Positions 1 through 9,944 of a stretch of DNA of 40,000 nucleotides are shown here, in pieces. Position 1 is the first letter of the stretch, and each line of letters starts with the position of its first letter. The stretch is from the sequence record KC821624.1, one strand, 5' to 3'. A program made the translations under genes and the position numbers. This stretch comes from Cellulophaga phage phi14:2. Below the pieces are notes generated by a model, which saw only the letters and a list, made by a program, of their open reading frames with translations, made no database searches and had not been told where the DNA came from.

Positions 1-1727
1 AATAAGTAAATTAATCCTTCATCGTCTGTACTATTTATTACATCATTAAAACCGTTAACATTCCATCTATCTGGATATTTTTTAACATTAGCTTTAAGTT
101 TTTTTAAATGTTCTTTTGTAAATTCACCTTTATTAATATCCCATAGTTTATTATGTTCCATTAACATTCTAGCAACATTTAATCTAGCTTGGAATTCTTC
201 TGGTTTTTCTATGTAAGGTTCTTTACCTACTGCTAAATAATGCTCTCTATTAGGATCTTTAACTTTATCATCTATTTCATATTCATCTAAAGGACTTAAA
301 CCACTTTTAGTAGGTGTACTTTTAGCAGAAGCATGAATAAACTCATGAGCAGCAGCATCATCATATGAATAAGGTGCTACAGATACTTGTTTTTTAGCTT
401 TATTATAAGAACCTAATCCTTCATCCCCATTTACTCTAAATGATGTCTCTTCTAAATTTTTCAATCTATTACTCTGTTCTTGTTCAGGATTTTCCCAATG
501 TTTGGATAATATTCTTTTGTATCCAGAAGAACTTAAATAATTTTTAACTCTATCCTTTTCAGACTGCAAATCATTAGTTGTAATTCTTTTTTTAGAAGGT
601 GGATCTACAGGACCTCCCATAGCCGCCTCATTAGTATTAGCATTAGAACCATTATCTGCAACTGTATTTAATATACCTTTAATTTGTTCAGGACTATAAT
701 ATTTAAATAATGGATTATCTGTAGTTTGAAGTTCTTTAATCTGATCATCATTTATAATGTCACCAGGTTTAACATTCAAGTGTTTACGCATTTCCATTAC
801 TCTAGGATATAATTCACCATTTTCTGATAAATATCTAGAATGATTTATAGTATTATTTAATTTCTCTTTACCTATTCCAGTAGAGTCATTAATATTAAAT
901 TCTTGTTTAACAGCTTCTTTGAATGGTAATCCAGTCTTACCTTGTATTGCAGCAGCTGGTGTACCGTAATTATCTCTAATATATTTAGTTAAGTCTTTAT
1001 CAACTCCCATTGCATGAGTAAATTCATGAGTAGCCATATCAGAAGTAGGACTTTTATAGAAATCAATGTTACTATCTTTATACTCAGCTCCTACAGATTC
1101 ATCATCAGTTGGGGCATTATAATTAACAGTAGTTTTATTTAAATTAGATAAACCTTCTTCTATCTTAGGTAAAGTATAATTAAAACCTTTACCTACATTA
1201 GCTGAATATCTAGCTTTAGTTGTACTATCATTAAACCAGTTTTTAACAAAGTCTTTACTATCTCCAACGACAGCTTCTTTAGTTAGTTTAGTAGGAGGAT
1301 CAACCATTCCACCACCTACATATTGATTAATATCACCTTTAACTCCTAATCTATGACTAAATATAAATTTACCATTATCAGTAGTCATAGAGGTTTCATC
1401 CTCTTCTACAGTATTCATCTTACCATTAGCACCTACACCTTGAGGTATACCGCCTAATGAGTTAGTTTCATGTTTACCACCTTCATTGAATTCATTAAAC
1501 TTGAAAGGTTTGTTAAATGTATCTGAAATAATTGAACCTCCTGTAGCTAATTGCTGAGGAGGTTCATAACCATTTTCTATAAACATATTTTGATCTTCGT
1601 ATGGAAAATCTGTAAACTGACCTTTATTGTTTAATAAAACACTTCTAATATTTTTAGGGACTTCGAGTCCTTGCGATCTTAGTTTTTTACGTATTTTACT
1701 AGCTATCGCTACTATATCTTTGTTCAT
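1..1727 (-). CDS. Partial (3' end beyond left edge) phage virion-associated protein with two tandem zincin-like metalloprotease domains (HEFTH at 1014-1028, HEFIH at 333-347)
   Basis: Manual minus-strand translation from ATG at 1727 (MNKDIVAIASKIRKKLRSQGLEVPKNIRSVLLNNKG...) stays open to position 1; contains ...SDMATHEFTHAMG... and ...DDAAAHEFIHASA...; preceded by a consensus Bacteroidota promoter. Not in the supplied ORF track. Confidence 0.8.
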   Translation of the reverse strand, partial: MNKDIVAIASKIRKKLRSQGLEVPKNIRSVLLNNKGQFTDFPYEDQNMFIENGYEPPQQLATGGSIISDTFNKPFKFNEFNEGGKHETNSLGGIPQGVGANGKMNTVEEDETSMTTDNGKFIFSHRLGVKGDINQYVGGGMVDPPTKLTKEAVVGDSKDFVKNWFNDSTTKARYSANVGKGFNYTLPKIEEGLSNLNKTTVNYNAPTDDESVGAEYKDSNIDFYKSPTSDMATHEFTHAMGVDKDLTKYIRDNYGTPAAAIQGKTGLPFKEAVKQEFNINDSTGIGKEKLNNTINHSRYLSENGELYPRVMEMRKHLNVKPGDIINDDQIKELQTTDNPLFKYYSPEQIKGILNTVADNGSNANTNEAAMGGPVDPPSKKRITTNDLQSEKDRVKNYLSSSGYKRILSKHWENPEQEQSNRLKNLEETSFRVNGDEGLGSYNKAKKQVSVAPYSYDDAAAHEFIHASAKSTPTKSGLSPLDEYEIDDKVKDPNREHYLAVGKEPYIEKPEEFQARLNVARMLMEHNKLWDINKGEFTKEHLKKLKANVKKYPDRWNVNGFNDVINSTDDEGLIYL

Positions 1728-1732
1728 TTATA

Positions 1733-1763
1733 CAAATATAATATATTTTTATGAGAAAGTCAA
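1733..1763 (-). promoter_or_regulatory. Bacteroidota-type promoter TTG-N20-TATATTTG
   Basis: Minus strand reads TTGACTTTCTCATAAAAATATATTATATTTG, 5 nt before the ATG at 1727. Confidence 0.75.
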
Positions 1764-1804
1764 GTTTTTTTGGTAATATTTTATAATGTTTTTAAATTGT
1801 TTAC

Positions 1805-4800
1805 CTATTTATAATTATTATACTGAACTATAATGTCATGTAATATCATTTTATAATTAGATTCATTGTCTAATTCTAACTTTAAAAAGATCCAAGGATT
1901 TCTTAGTTTATTCCTAGTGTTAGCTTGTCTAGGTATATCAGCTTTCCAATCTCTAAACTTACGTCTAAGGTTACTACTTCTACCTAATATCAAAGGTACT
2001 CTACCTGAATCTTGGTATTCATTATAAGCTTGTATATGAGTTAAAGTTTTATCAGGTTGATCTATATCATCTAAATACATTTCAGATCTATAAAAAATAT
2101 TAGTAAATAATGTATCTAATGGTACACTAGGATTAACTAATAATGTAATATAGGAAGGTTGATACTCTCCAAAGAATTTATTATATTCACCTGCATATTG
2201 TTCATAAACTTCATTATCAGTTGAATTAGTTATAAATAAGCTTTCTCCCTTATTAATATACCAACTTGGATGATATGTCTTAAGATCTATAAATTGTTGC
2301 TGTAATTCGTTATAACAACGTGTAAACGTCTTATCTCCTTGTAATGCTGTAATATATACATCATGATTATAATTATCATAACCTAATACTACACCTTGGT
2401 TCTTAACTGGATTATCTACAGCTATATCACTGTATATATAATTATTATTAAAAAATGAATGATACCCTTTAGCATCTGACAAAGCTACTTTAATATAGTC
2501 AGGATATTTAAATACTGATTTATTTAAAGCATCATAATAATAAAATCCTTGCTTAGTACTTAAGGTAGACCATTTGTTTAATGATCCAGATTTAGTCGTT
2601 AGATATTTATAATCATATAATAACGAACCTTTACCTAACTCAAGAGAAAGACCATCTGTACCTTGTACTTGAACTCTAGGATTAACTGCTATTTGAGCAA
2701 CAGCTTCATCTTGAAATGTAAATAGTTCATCATCATGATTTATAACGGAATTAATAGGTCCATACTTACCATCTAGATCTTGAACCTCATTAACTAATAA
2801 ATCAGTCCAACTATCTATACTTTCGTTAGGGGTTTTAGATTTAGTAGCTGTTATTCTAGTATCAAAATTATTTACAGCTTTAAAATTGTAATCTAAGTTA
2901 GTAGACATTATTAAATTAGGCTCTTGACTATATACACTATTATAACCATGATAATCATTATATTGAGGTTGAATTCTACTGTCCCAAGAATTTAAAGATA
3001 TATCATATCTGTTTTTTAAATCTATAGTAGTTTCAACTTTAAACTCAACTATTTCAGAAATTTGAAGTTGGTCTTTATCATATATCTCAGTATCAGTTTT
3101 ACCTATTCTTAAAAATTTAAAACTTTGTACATAAGTATCACCTCCGTTAGTAATTGTTACAGAATTAGTATTAATGTCTTTATACTCACCTATTTTAATA
3201 TAGTTAGTACGTTTCTTACTTTCATATGAATTACCTCCATATAAACTACCTGTGTATATAAAATCATCACTCTTAACTAACTCACTTATTAATATACCAT
3301 TAGTATCAGTAACTGTAGATTCATCATGTAGATCTTCAAGTCCTGTTCTAGAATCAGTTGTATCTGTAAATGATCCTAGCATTAATGTAGCGTTCTGAGC
3401 TCCAAAACTATTAATACTTGTTATAGCTCCACATTCATCACAATCATCTTCACCATCCGATGCAAATGATTTTAAAGAATTGGTATAACTATATCTACCA
3501 TCTTCGTTATATAATTTAGAATCATTACCTCTTACAGATAATTCAGGAGATCCATATATATTATAAGTTTTATTAACATTATCATTTGCAACAAAATTAT
3601 TAAACTGTCTATAGTAATGATAAAAATCCATAGTAGAGTTTGAACCAGAAGGTCCTATAAATCTACGATCATTATTACCACTACTACCTTCAGGTGTTTT
3701 AAATACAGCTTGGAAATTATTATCTTCTAAGTAAGGAGGATTAACTCTATATGGATTTATACCACCTACAAGTTTACCATAATTATTAGATAATTTAGTT
3801 TCTATATATGTTTCAGAAGCATACACTCCGTTTAAAGTACTTTTAGCTAATCCTACAACTCTTAAACTTAATCCTGAAGGTACAGAAGTTATAGAATCAA
3901 ATAATAGCTCAGGTGAGCTTAACTGCATCATTTTAGTAAACTGAAAAGTTTGAGATAATTTACTATTATTATTAGTAACACTGTATATCTCACCACCTTC
4001 TTCAGTAGAATTACTTATCTTATCGTTTAACCAACCTAAGTGATTATTTTTTTGTAATACACCATTATGATCATTTAAATTAGTGCTAGGTAGTTTAGTG
4101 AACTCTCTTATTAAATAAGATGGTATTTTAGTATACTTATCTTGATAAGTAGATCTAGTATTAATATTTGTAAATTGAGAAAAGTTCTTAGCTTCATCAC
4201 CTTTCACTTGAAATATCATTCCTGATAATCCACCTTGACATAATATAGTACGATCACTAATAGTTCTCTCAGCTCTAATTATTCTATAACCTACTGGTTT
4301 ATCAGATTCTTTTTCAAAGTTATAAGTATTTAACCATGTGTAAAAAGATGGTTTCAATGTTACTTCAAGATAACTATATAAACCTTCTAGATTACCACTT
4401 GGCATTTTATAATCTGCAATCCATTTAGGTAAAGAAGTTTGTCCTAAATTATTATAAAATTCAATACCGTATCTATATATCTCTCTGTCTTTAAATAATC
4501 TTAAATCTTCAACATCTGTTAAACTACCTCGTCTTATTTTAAAACTTAAGTACTTACCTTCACCACCTTCAATACTTGTGGATCTTAAATATCTATAAAG
4601 ATCATAATCTTTATTTACAGCATCTATAGTAGGTGCTAATGTATAAGTAGAGTTTATAGTATAAGATGTTTGGTTAGGTCCAGGATTATCTAATACTGTA
4701 GAATTAGTAGAGTTTTTAACAAAAGAATATGCTCTACAATCCAATTCTTCTGGAATATCAAAGTTTTGTTCTGTAATATTTACAGGGAACAATACATTGT

Positions 4801-5827
4801 CTTTAGTGGCTATATGTTTTGGTATGATAGGATCTGAACCTAAGAACAGAAATTCTTCTAATGATACTGAACCTATATTACTACCATCATCATATACATA
4901 TACATCATTACCTGTACCATCTAATTCTTTTTCTGTAATTAATTCAATGGAAGGTGTAACGTTTAAACTAGTATATCTAACAGCGTATATTTTAATATTA
5001 GTATATTGAGTATCTACATTACTTATTTTTAATACAGGGGTTGTACTAACTAGTTCATTTACTTCACCTCCTCCTAAACCATCACCTCTAGTTAAAGGTA
5101 CTAATTCAGATAAGGGTGATAGTTTTGTTTGACTAGAATTAAGTCTATATAAATTATAAGCATACTGAACCATTCCAGCTTTATGACTACCTCCTGATGA
5201 TATACTATCTATAGTAGGCTGACTTAAAGAAAAGTCACCAACAAAATTTAGAGTATTTAATGGAGTATTAATTATATCATCAGATTTAATATTTAAAAAT
5301 CTAATTTGATTAATACCATCTACCCAATAAGTTTTTTGAATATTCTCATTTTCATAGTTAAATATTGATTGGATTAAGTTATCACTTGAAAATCCCATGT
5401 TTCTAACATATAACAAATTTAAGTTATAAGTTTTATTTAAAACATCTTCCAATTCCCATATACAATCAAAACCTTTATCATCAGTTGTAAAGAACAATAT
5501 ACTGTTTCTAGTAACTGAATGACCTATTATAATCTGAGAGTTTGAACTAGAAGGTATTTCACCACTAGAACGTTGAGTTTGTAAATCTGAAGAGCTTGAA
5601 AATACTAATGACTTACTATTATAACTAATAGCATTATTAGATATACTAAGATTAGGTATTGTAAATATTAGTTCATTACCTTTTTCATTTGCTACAGAAC
5701 CTGTACTTTGAGAATCAGTGGAAAGTATTTTAATATGACTAGCATCATAAAAATATTCAGCTGAATGTTTACTCTTAGTAGCATCCTGATTTCCTCCACG
5801 AAAAGTATATTGTATTTGTTTTAACAT
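1805..5827 (-). CDS. Large tail protein, probably crAss-like tail stabilisation / muzzle (P22 gp10-like) protein
   Basis: 1340 aa ORF in the conserved crAss-like tail module, next to ring/IHF-like genes; assignment by size and synteny. Confidence 0.6.
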   Translation of the reverse strand: MLKQIQYTFRGGNQDATKSKHSAEYFYDASHIKILSTDSQSTGSVANEKGNELIFTIPNLSISNNAISYNSKSLVFSSSSDLQTQRSSGEIPSSSNSQIIIGHSVTRNSILFFTTDDKGFDCIWELEDVLNKTYNLNLLYVRNMGFSSDNLIQSIFNYENENIQKTYWVDGINQIRFLNIKSDDIINTPLNTLNFVGDFSLSQPTIDSISSGGSHKAGMVQYAYNLYRLNSSQTKLSPLSELVPLTRGDGLGGGEVNELVSTTPVLKISNVDTQYTNIKIYAVRYTSLNVTPSIELITEKELDGTGNDVYVYDDGSNIGSVSLEEFLFLGSDPIIPKHIATKDNVLFPVNITEQNFDIPEELDCRAYSFVKNSTNSTVLDNPGPNQTSYTINSTYTLAPTIDAVNKDYDLYRYLRSTSIEGGEGKYLSFKIRRGSLTDVEDLRLFKDREIYRYGIEFYNNLGQTSLPKWIADYKMPSGNLEGLYSYLEVTLKPSFYTWLNTYNFEKESDKPVGYRIIRAERTISDRTILCQGGLSGMIFQVKGDEAKNFSQFTNINTRSTYQDKYTKIPSYLIREFTKLPSTNLNDHNGVLQKNNHLGWLNDKISNSTEEGGEIYSVTNNNSKLSQTFQFTKMMQLSSPELLFDSITSVPSGLSLRVVGLAKSTLNGVYASETYIETKLSNNYGKLVGGINPYRVNPPYLEDNNFQAVFKTPEGSSGNNDRRFIGPSGSNSTMDFYHYYRQFNNFVANDNVNKTYNIYGSPELSVRGNDSKLYNEDGRYSYTNSLKSFASDGEDDCDECGAITSINSFGAQNATLMLGSFTDTTDSRTGLEDLHDESTVTDTNGILISELVKSDDFIYTGSLYGGNSYESKKRTNYIKIGEYKDINTNSVTITNGGDTYVQSFKFLRIGKTDTEIYDKDQLQISEIVEFKVETTIDLKNRYDISLNSWDSRIQPQYNDYHGYNSVYSQEPNLIMSTNLDYNFKAVNNFDTRITATKSKTPNESIDSWTDLLVNEVQDLDGKYGPINSVINHDDELFTFQDEAVAQIAVNPRVQVQGTDGLSLELGKGSLLYDYKYLTTKSGSLNKWSTLSTKQGFYYYDALNKSVFKYPDYIKVALSDAKGYHSFFNNNYIYSDIAVDNPVKNQGVVLGYDNYNHDVYITALQGDKTFTRCYNELQQQFIDLKTYHPSWYINKGESLFITNSTDNEVYEQYAGEYNKFFGEYQPSYITLLVNPSVPLDTLFTNIFYRSEMYLDDIDQPDKTLTHIQAYNEYQDSGRVPLILGRSSNLRRKFRDWKADIPRQANTRNKLRNPWIFLKLELDNESNYKMILHDIIVQYNNYK

Positions 5828-6558
5828 TAAAATCTCTTTTTAAGTCGTTCTTGTTTATGTAAACGCTGGTAACCATCATCAGCTAAATTTTGAGGCTGTA
5901 TCAGTCTTCTAATACCATTCATAGTAGATTCCCAATGATCCATTCCGCTAAGTACCATGAAGCTTTGAACTTTACCTGCTGCCCATGCGTACTCCTGTTC
6001 TATCTTATTATAATAATACTGAGTGATTTTACTCATACCGAGTAAAGGGAAAAAGTACTCCTTTAATATATAATAATAAAGTGCATCCTCAAAAGGTTGA
6101 TTATCTGGGATCATAGGATAGCCGTCCTCATCCAGTACCAAACCTCTATAGGCAATTTCTATTGCGCCATCAGACTCTGATAGAAAGGCATAATTATTAT
6201 TAATGGTATAAGTAATATCATCAGGACAGTTATTGTCTAGATAGTCAGGACAATGAAACGAAGACTGATATATATTGCCTGTGTATTTAACAGGTAGCCA
6301 GTTTACCTGATTTGTATCTCCTTTATCTACACTGTATCTAATACCTCTAAGGTATATGATATCATCAGGTAGTTTAACTCTATTATCTTTTATGACAGAA
6401 TATTGAGTCTTTTCGTTGAAAGATAATGGTATACCCAACAATCGAATTAATTCATAAGCATATTCAGCTGCTTGTTCTTCAGTTAAGTCTGAAGCATTAG
6501 GATGTCTCATGGCTCTATATAGAACTCTATGGAAGGATATAAATTTACCGTTAGTCAT
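5827..6558 (-). CDS. crAss-like tail/neck ring protein
   Basis: 243 aa; overlapping neighbours; position between the gp10-like and IHF-like genes. Confidence 0.5.
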   Translation of the reverse strand: MTNGKFISFHRVLYRAMRHPNASDLTEEQAAEYAYELIRLLGIPLSFNEKTQYSVIKDNRVKLPDDIIYLRGIRYSVDKGDTNQVNWLPVKYTGNIYQSSFHCPDYLDNNCPDDITYTINNNYAFLSESDGAIEIAYRGLVLDEDGYPMIPDNQPFEDALYYYILKEYFFPLLGMSKITQYYYNKIEQEYAWAAGKVQSFMVLSGMDHWESTMNGIRRLIQPQNLADDGYQRLHKQERLKKRF

Positions 6559-7057
6559 TATTATAAGTTTTTTTAATGTAAGTATCGTATTTAAGTTTAC
6601 TGTAGTCGTTGATACGTTGAGCTATACCTCTAGCTAATCCTCTAACAGGTTTTGAGAAGTATACAGATTTATTCTTATATACAGCTTTACTTTTATTATA
6701 ATAAACTCTAAATACATAACCGTCAGTATTGGAATTATTATATCTTATTAAAACCTTATTAGCTTTTAGCTCAGGATTCTTATCCCATAATTCATTTGTT
6801 GATTTCCAATCTATAGGAACATTGTTTTTTAAGTTACCATTCTTATCTAAATAAGCCTTACGTTTAACTTTAAGTATTTCAAGTTTACCTAATCTATATG
6901 GTAAATCTAAAGTTAAATTCTCTATAAGATGTTCAGCTAACTTTTGGTTATATTCAGATATAACATTATTAAATTGTTGTCTTGATAATTTTATATATGG
7001 ATTACTCTCACAAAAGAACTTATAGTAATCCGCCATTCCATAAGGTTTATTTGTCAT
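6551..7057 (-). CDS. IHF/HU-like structural protein of the crAss-like tail module
   Basis: 168 aa; LSRQQFNNVISEYNQKLAEHLIENLTLDLPYRLGKLEILKVKRK resembles the HU/IHF-like core seen in crAss-like phages. Confidence 0.6.
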   Translation of the reverse strand: MTNKPYGMADYYKFFCESNPYIKLSRQQFNNVISEYNQKLAEHLIENLTLDLPYRLGKLEILKVKRKAYLDKNGNLKNNVPIDWKSTNELWDKNPELKANKVLIRYNNSNTDGYVFRVYYNKSKAVYKNKSVYFSKPVRGLARGIAQRINDYSKLKYDTYIKKTYNND

Positions 7058-7724
7058 CCTGTTGATTATTGTTAGTATCTTCTTTTAATCTCTCTCTACC
7101 TGAAAGTTCTCTAATAATATCATTTCTTACTAACTTGATTAAATGAGGTGTAAGAGGATAATTATGTTCGTAGGGATCATAACACTCTGTATTACATTCA
7201 GTGCAGTAGCGCTCAAGAGCTAAGTCTAAAGGATCTTCAAATACGCCTGTAATACTTACGTTCTCTAATAAAGTATCATCTGTAGGTAAAATGAAATATA
7301 ATCTATCATCATTATGTAAGAATACTTTAATTGCTTTTTTAAATATACTATGATTAGCAAAAGGAGCTCTAAGCCTATCTATGATATCAAAAGGTTTAGA
7401 TAATCTATTAACTGATGCCACTCTATATAATGCATCTCTAGTACTAAGTTGAAGTAATTCAGGTATTGCTAAAGATGTTCTGTATATATAATCACATCCT
7501 AAAGTTATACCACATTCATTAGCATTAACTTTTTCAATAGGACTACAAAAACTTTGCAGTATAGAAGTATTAAAAGATGAGCCAAATTTATCTAATTCTT
7601 GTTTAAGATAAAAAGATCTATTAATACCTATAAGATACTCAATGTATCTATTGCTAAATTCGGAATCATCTGAATATTCTTTCAGACCTTCTCGTATATC
7701 GTAAACTAATTTATCTAATTTCAT
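7047..7724 (-). CDS. crAss-like tail tubular / ring protein (P22 gp4-like position)
   Basis: 225 aa; synteny with the IHF-like and gp10-like genes. Confidence 0.45.
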   Translation of the reverse strand: MKLDKLVYDIREGLKEYSDDSEFSNRYIEYLIGINRSFYLKQELDKFGSSFNTSILQSFCSPIEKVNANECGITLGCDYIYRTSLAIPELLQLSTRDALYRVASVNRLSKPFDIIDRLRAPFANHSIFKKAIKVFLHNDDRLYFILPTDDTLLENVSITGVFEDPLDLALERYCTECNTECYDPYEHNYPLTPHLIKLVRNDIIRELSGRERLKEDTNNNQQDDK

Positions 7725-7735
7725 TTTTAAGTGTT

Positions 7736-7782
7736 AAATAAAAGACCTCCTCTAATACGCATCGTAGATAGGCGGAGGAGGT
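7736..7782 (-). terminator. Rho-independent terminator downstream of the metallophosphoesterase gene
   Basis: Minus strand ACCTCCTC-N22-GAGGAGGT followed by CTTTTATTT; stem arms 7745-7752 and 7775-7782. Confidence 0.6.
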
Positions 7783-7814
7783 TCTATTAAAAATTATATA
7801 ATAAGTGGAATGTT

Positions 7815-8738
7815 TTATAAGTTCATCATTACATTGATTGCAGTTTCACCATTTAAAACTACACCACAAGCTATTACAGGTTTCTTACCTGCCTTCGCAT
7901 ATGCTAAAGCGTAAGAAGAATGGTCTATCCCACATCCTACTTGCATACCGAATACTTTAAATTTATTACCTACTATCCATTCTACATAACATTGTGTATG
8001 TAAATGACCTTGTACAGTAGATTGTAAATCAGATTTAATTCTAGATCTAGCAGTGCCACCTTCACCATGTACATAAAGTACATCATCGATTTCAATTGAT
8101 TCAACGAAATCCCATCCTGGAGTACCTAATACTTCATTATAATCTTTGATCCACATTTTAGATAATCCACTAGAGTATGCTTTACGCATTATAATCCTAT
8201 CGTGATTACCTATAATAACTGTAGCCTTAGGGAAAGCTCTATACCATTTCTGAATGTTCTTAATAGCTTGTCTAAGCTCATCTCCCGCATTCAATCCATC
8301 TGGATCAGTCTCATGGTAACTAGAAGCATGATTATCAATTATATCTCCTATGAATACTACAGTGTCACAGTTATATAGTTTATATGTAGCAACGCAATGT
8401 TCTAAATAACCATCTAAACAAAATGGTTCATGTAAATCACCTATTACTAATACATTCTTTTTTGTAATCTTATCTTTTCTTACATTAACTTTGTAACTCT
8501 TAGTTGGAGTTCTTTCTGTTAATGCTTGTACGAAAACATCATTTCGTTTACTTAACTTTTGTTTAACTTCAGGTAAAGATGTTTTAGATTCAGCATTAAC
8601 AGCTCTTATAGCTCTCTTACAATCCGAAACAGTTGAGTCATATCCTTTATGCTCTAATACTGTCTTAAGTCTTCTACCACCTTCTTTCAAGTAACCTCTT
8701 TTACTTCTCAAAAAATCTTTAATTTCTTCTAATTCCAT
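7815..8738 (-). CDS. Calcineurin-like metallophosphoesterase
   Basis: Motifs GDLHEP, GDIIDNH, GNHDR, VHGEGG, GHLHTQ. Confidence 0.9.
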   Translation of the reverse strand: MELEEIKDFLRSKRGYLKEGGRRLKTVLEHKGYDSTVSDCKRAIRAVNAESKTSLPEVKQKLSKRNDVFVQALTERTPTKSYKVNVRKDKITKKNVLVIGDLHEPFCLDGYLEHCVATYKLYNCDTVVFIGDIIDNHASSYHETDPDGLNAGDELRQAIKNIQKWYRAFPKATVIIGNHDRIIMRKAYSSGLSKMWIKDYNEVLGTPGWDFVESIEIDDVLYVHGEGGTARSRIKSDLQSTVQGHLHTQCYVEWIVGNKFKVFGMQVGCGIDHSSYALAYAKAGKKPVIACGVVLNGETAINVMMNL

Positions 8739-8762
8739 TTATGTAAATTTATAACTTTTGCA

Positions 8763-8793
8763 CAAAAGTAATATAAATATTTGAATTATGCAA
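8763..8793 (-). promoter_or_regulatory. Bacteroidota-type promoter TTG-N20-TACTTTTG
   Basis: Minus strand TTGCATAATTCAAATATTTATATTACTTTTG, 25 nt upstream of ATG at 8738. Confidence 0.7.
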
Positions 8794-8815
8794 GTTTTAT
8801 TGAGGTTATTTTATA

Positions 8816-9394
8816 TTAAAATTTAATTGAACCACCTATCCACACTGTTTTCTCACTATCAAATCCTATAGAATATATATTATCCTTTTTGTTTTTTAAT
8901 AGTATACCAGCTTTAAATATAGGTTTAAATGTTTGTATTGAAGTACCTACTTCCATAGTTCCATATAGTTTATTCTTATTAGGAACTTGAACTTGTATAG
9001 TAGTATCTAAAGTTACAGTGCTAGGATATATTTCATATTCTAATGATTGACTAAGTAGTTTACCTTGGACTTTACTTTTAACAGTAACTTCTTGAACACT
9101 ATCTTTAAACTTTAATTCATAGTCTCTTTCAGTTATAGCATCTTTATATAAGCTGTCCTTAACTATACTATCAGCTTTAACATACTCTATTACTTTATCA
9201 CTCCTAGGTGTTTCTAACTTAGGCTTAGGTAGCTCTATAGGAGGGAATGAACCTGTCTTACCTGGAACAGGAACTTCTATTAATAACGGTACGTCTATAT
9301 ACTTAACTTGTTTAGGTTGTAATAATAAATAACCTAATACTAAATTAAGTATTATAGATATAACTAATATAATTGTAGTCTTACTTAAATTCAT
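8816..9394 (-). CDS. N-terminally membrane-anchored periplasmic protein; candidate spanin-like component of the lysis cassette
   Basis: N-terminal TM (TTIILVISIILNLVLGYLLL), Pro-rich linker, beta-rich C-terminus ending ...VWIGGSIKF; start overlaps the endolysin gene end. Confidence 0.45.
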   Translation of the reverse strand: MNLSKTTIILVISIILNLVLGYLLLQPKQVKYIDVPLLIEVPVPGKTGSFPPIELPKPKLETPRSDKVIEYVKADSIVKDSLYKDAITERDYELKFKDSVQEVTVKSKVQGKLLSQSLEYEIYPSTVTLDTTIQVQVPNKNKLYGTMEVGTSIQTFKPIFKAGILLKNKKDNIYSIGFDSEKTVWIGGSIKF

Positions 9395-9944
9395 TTTTAT
9401 ATTCTTTTAATAATTGAGTTCTATGATCTAAACCATTAGTACCTCCATTGATTCTTTTGGTTACAGAATATACATCATCATTATCGGCATAACGATTTAA
9501 GTTGTTAGTATTCCAAAACCATATTGCAGATATCATACTATCAGCTTCAGTTAAAAGTAAGTCAGGATTATTTATATAATCTACTCCCATATCTTTTGAT
9601 AACAGTCTGTAATTGCTTTTACCAGTTATCTGAATGAATCCTCTACCTCTGTATTTCCAACCGTCTCCTGATTTTTCATCACCGTTATCCATTCTATTAG
9701 CATATACTCTATTAGCTATCTTCTCAGGTTTTCTTTCATACAGTAAAGATTCATTATATGTAAAATATTTACCAAATGTTTTTCTTAAACCTGAAGCTGA
9801 ATAATTTAAATTTTCACTTATTGGTAACAAATTACTTTCATGTTCCAATTGTGCAAAAAAATGAGCTAACCTTAATGGAGTATTTATCCCATAATTATTT
9901 AATAAAGTTTTATAACGCTTACTTAATATTACACCTTTTTTCAT
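9381..9944 (-). CDS. GH19 family chitinase-like endolysin
   Basis: RLAHFFAQLEHESN, GDGWKYRGRGFIQITGKSNY, SAIWFWNTNNLN, VTKRINGGTNGL. Confidence 0.9.
   Translation of the reverse strand: MKKGVILSKRYKTLLNNYGINTPLRLAHFFAQLEHESNLLPISENLNYSASGLRKTFGKYFTYNESLLYERKPEKIANRVYANRMDNGDEKSGDGWKYRGRGFIQITGKSNYRLLSKDMGVDYINNPDLLLTEADSMISAIWFWNTNNLNRYADNDDVYSVTKRINGGTNGLDHRTQLLKEYKNEFK

Noticed and set aside
4797-5009. Plus-strand ORF within the 1340 aa tail gene
   Set aside because: Short antisense ORF inside a strongly supported gene.
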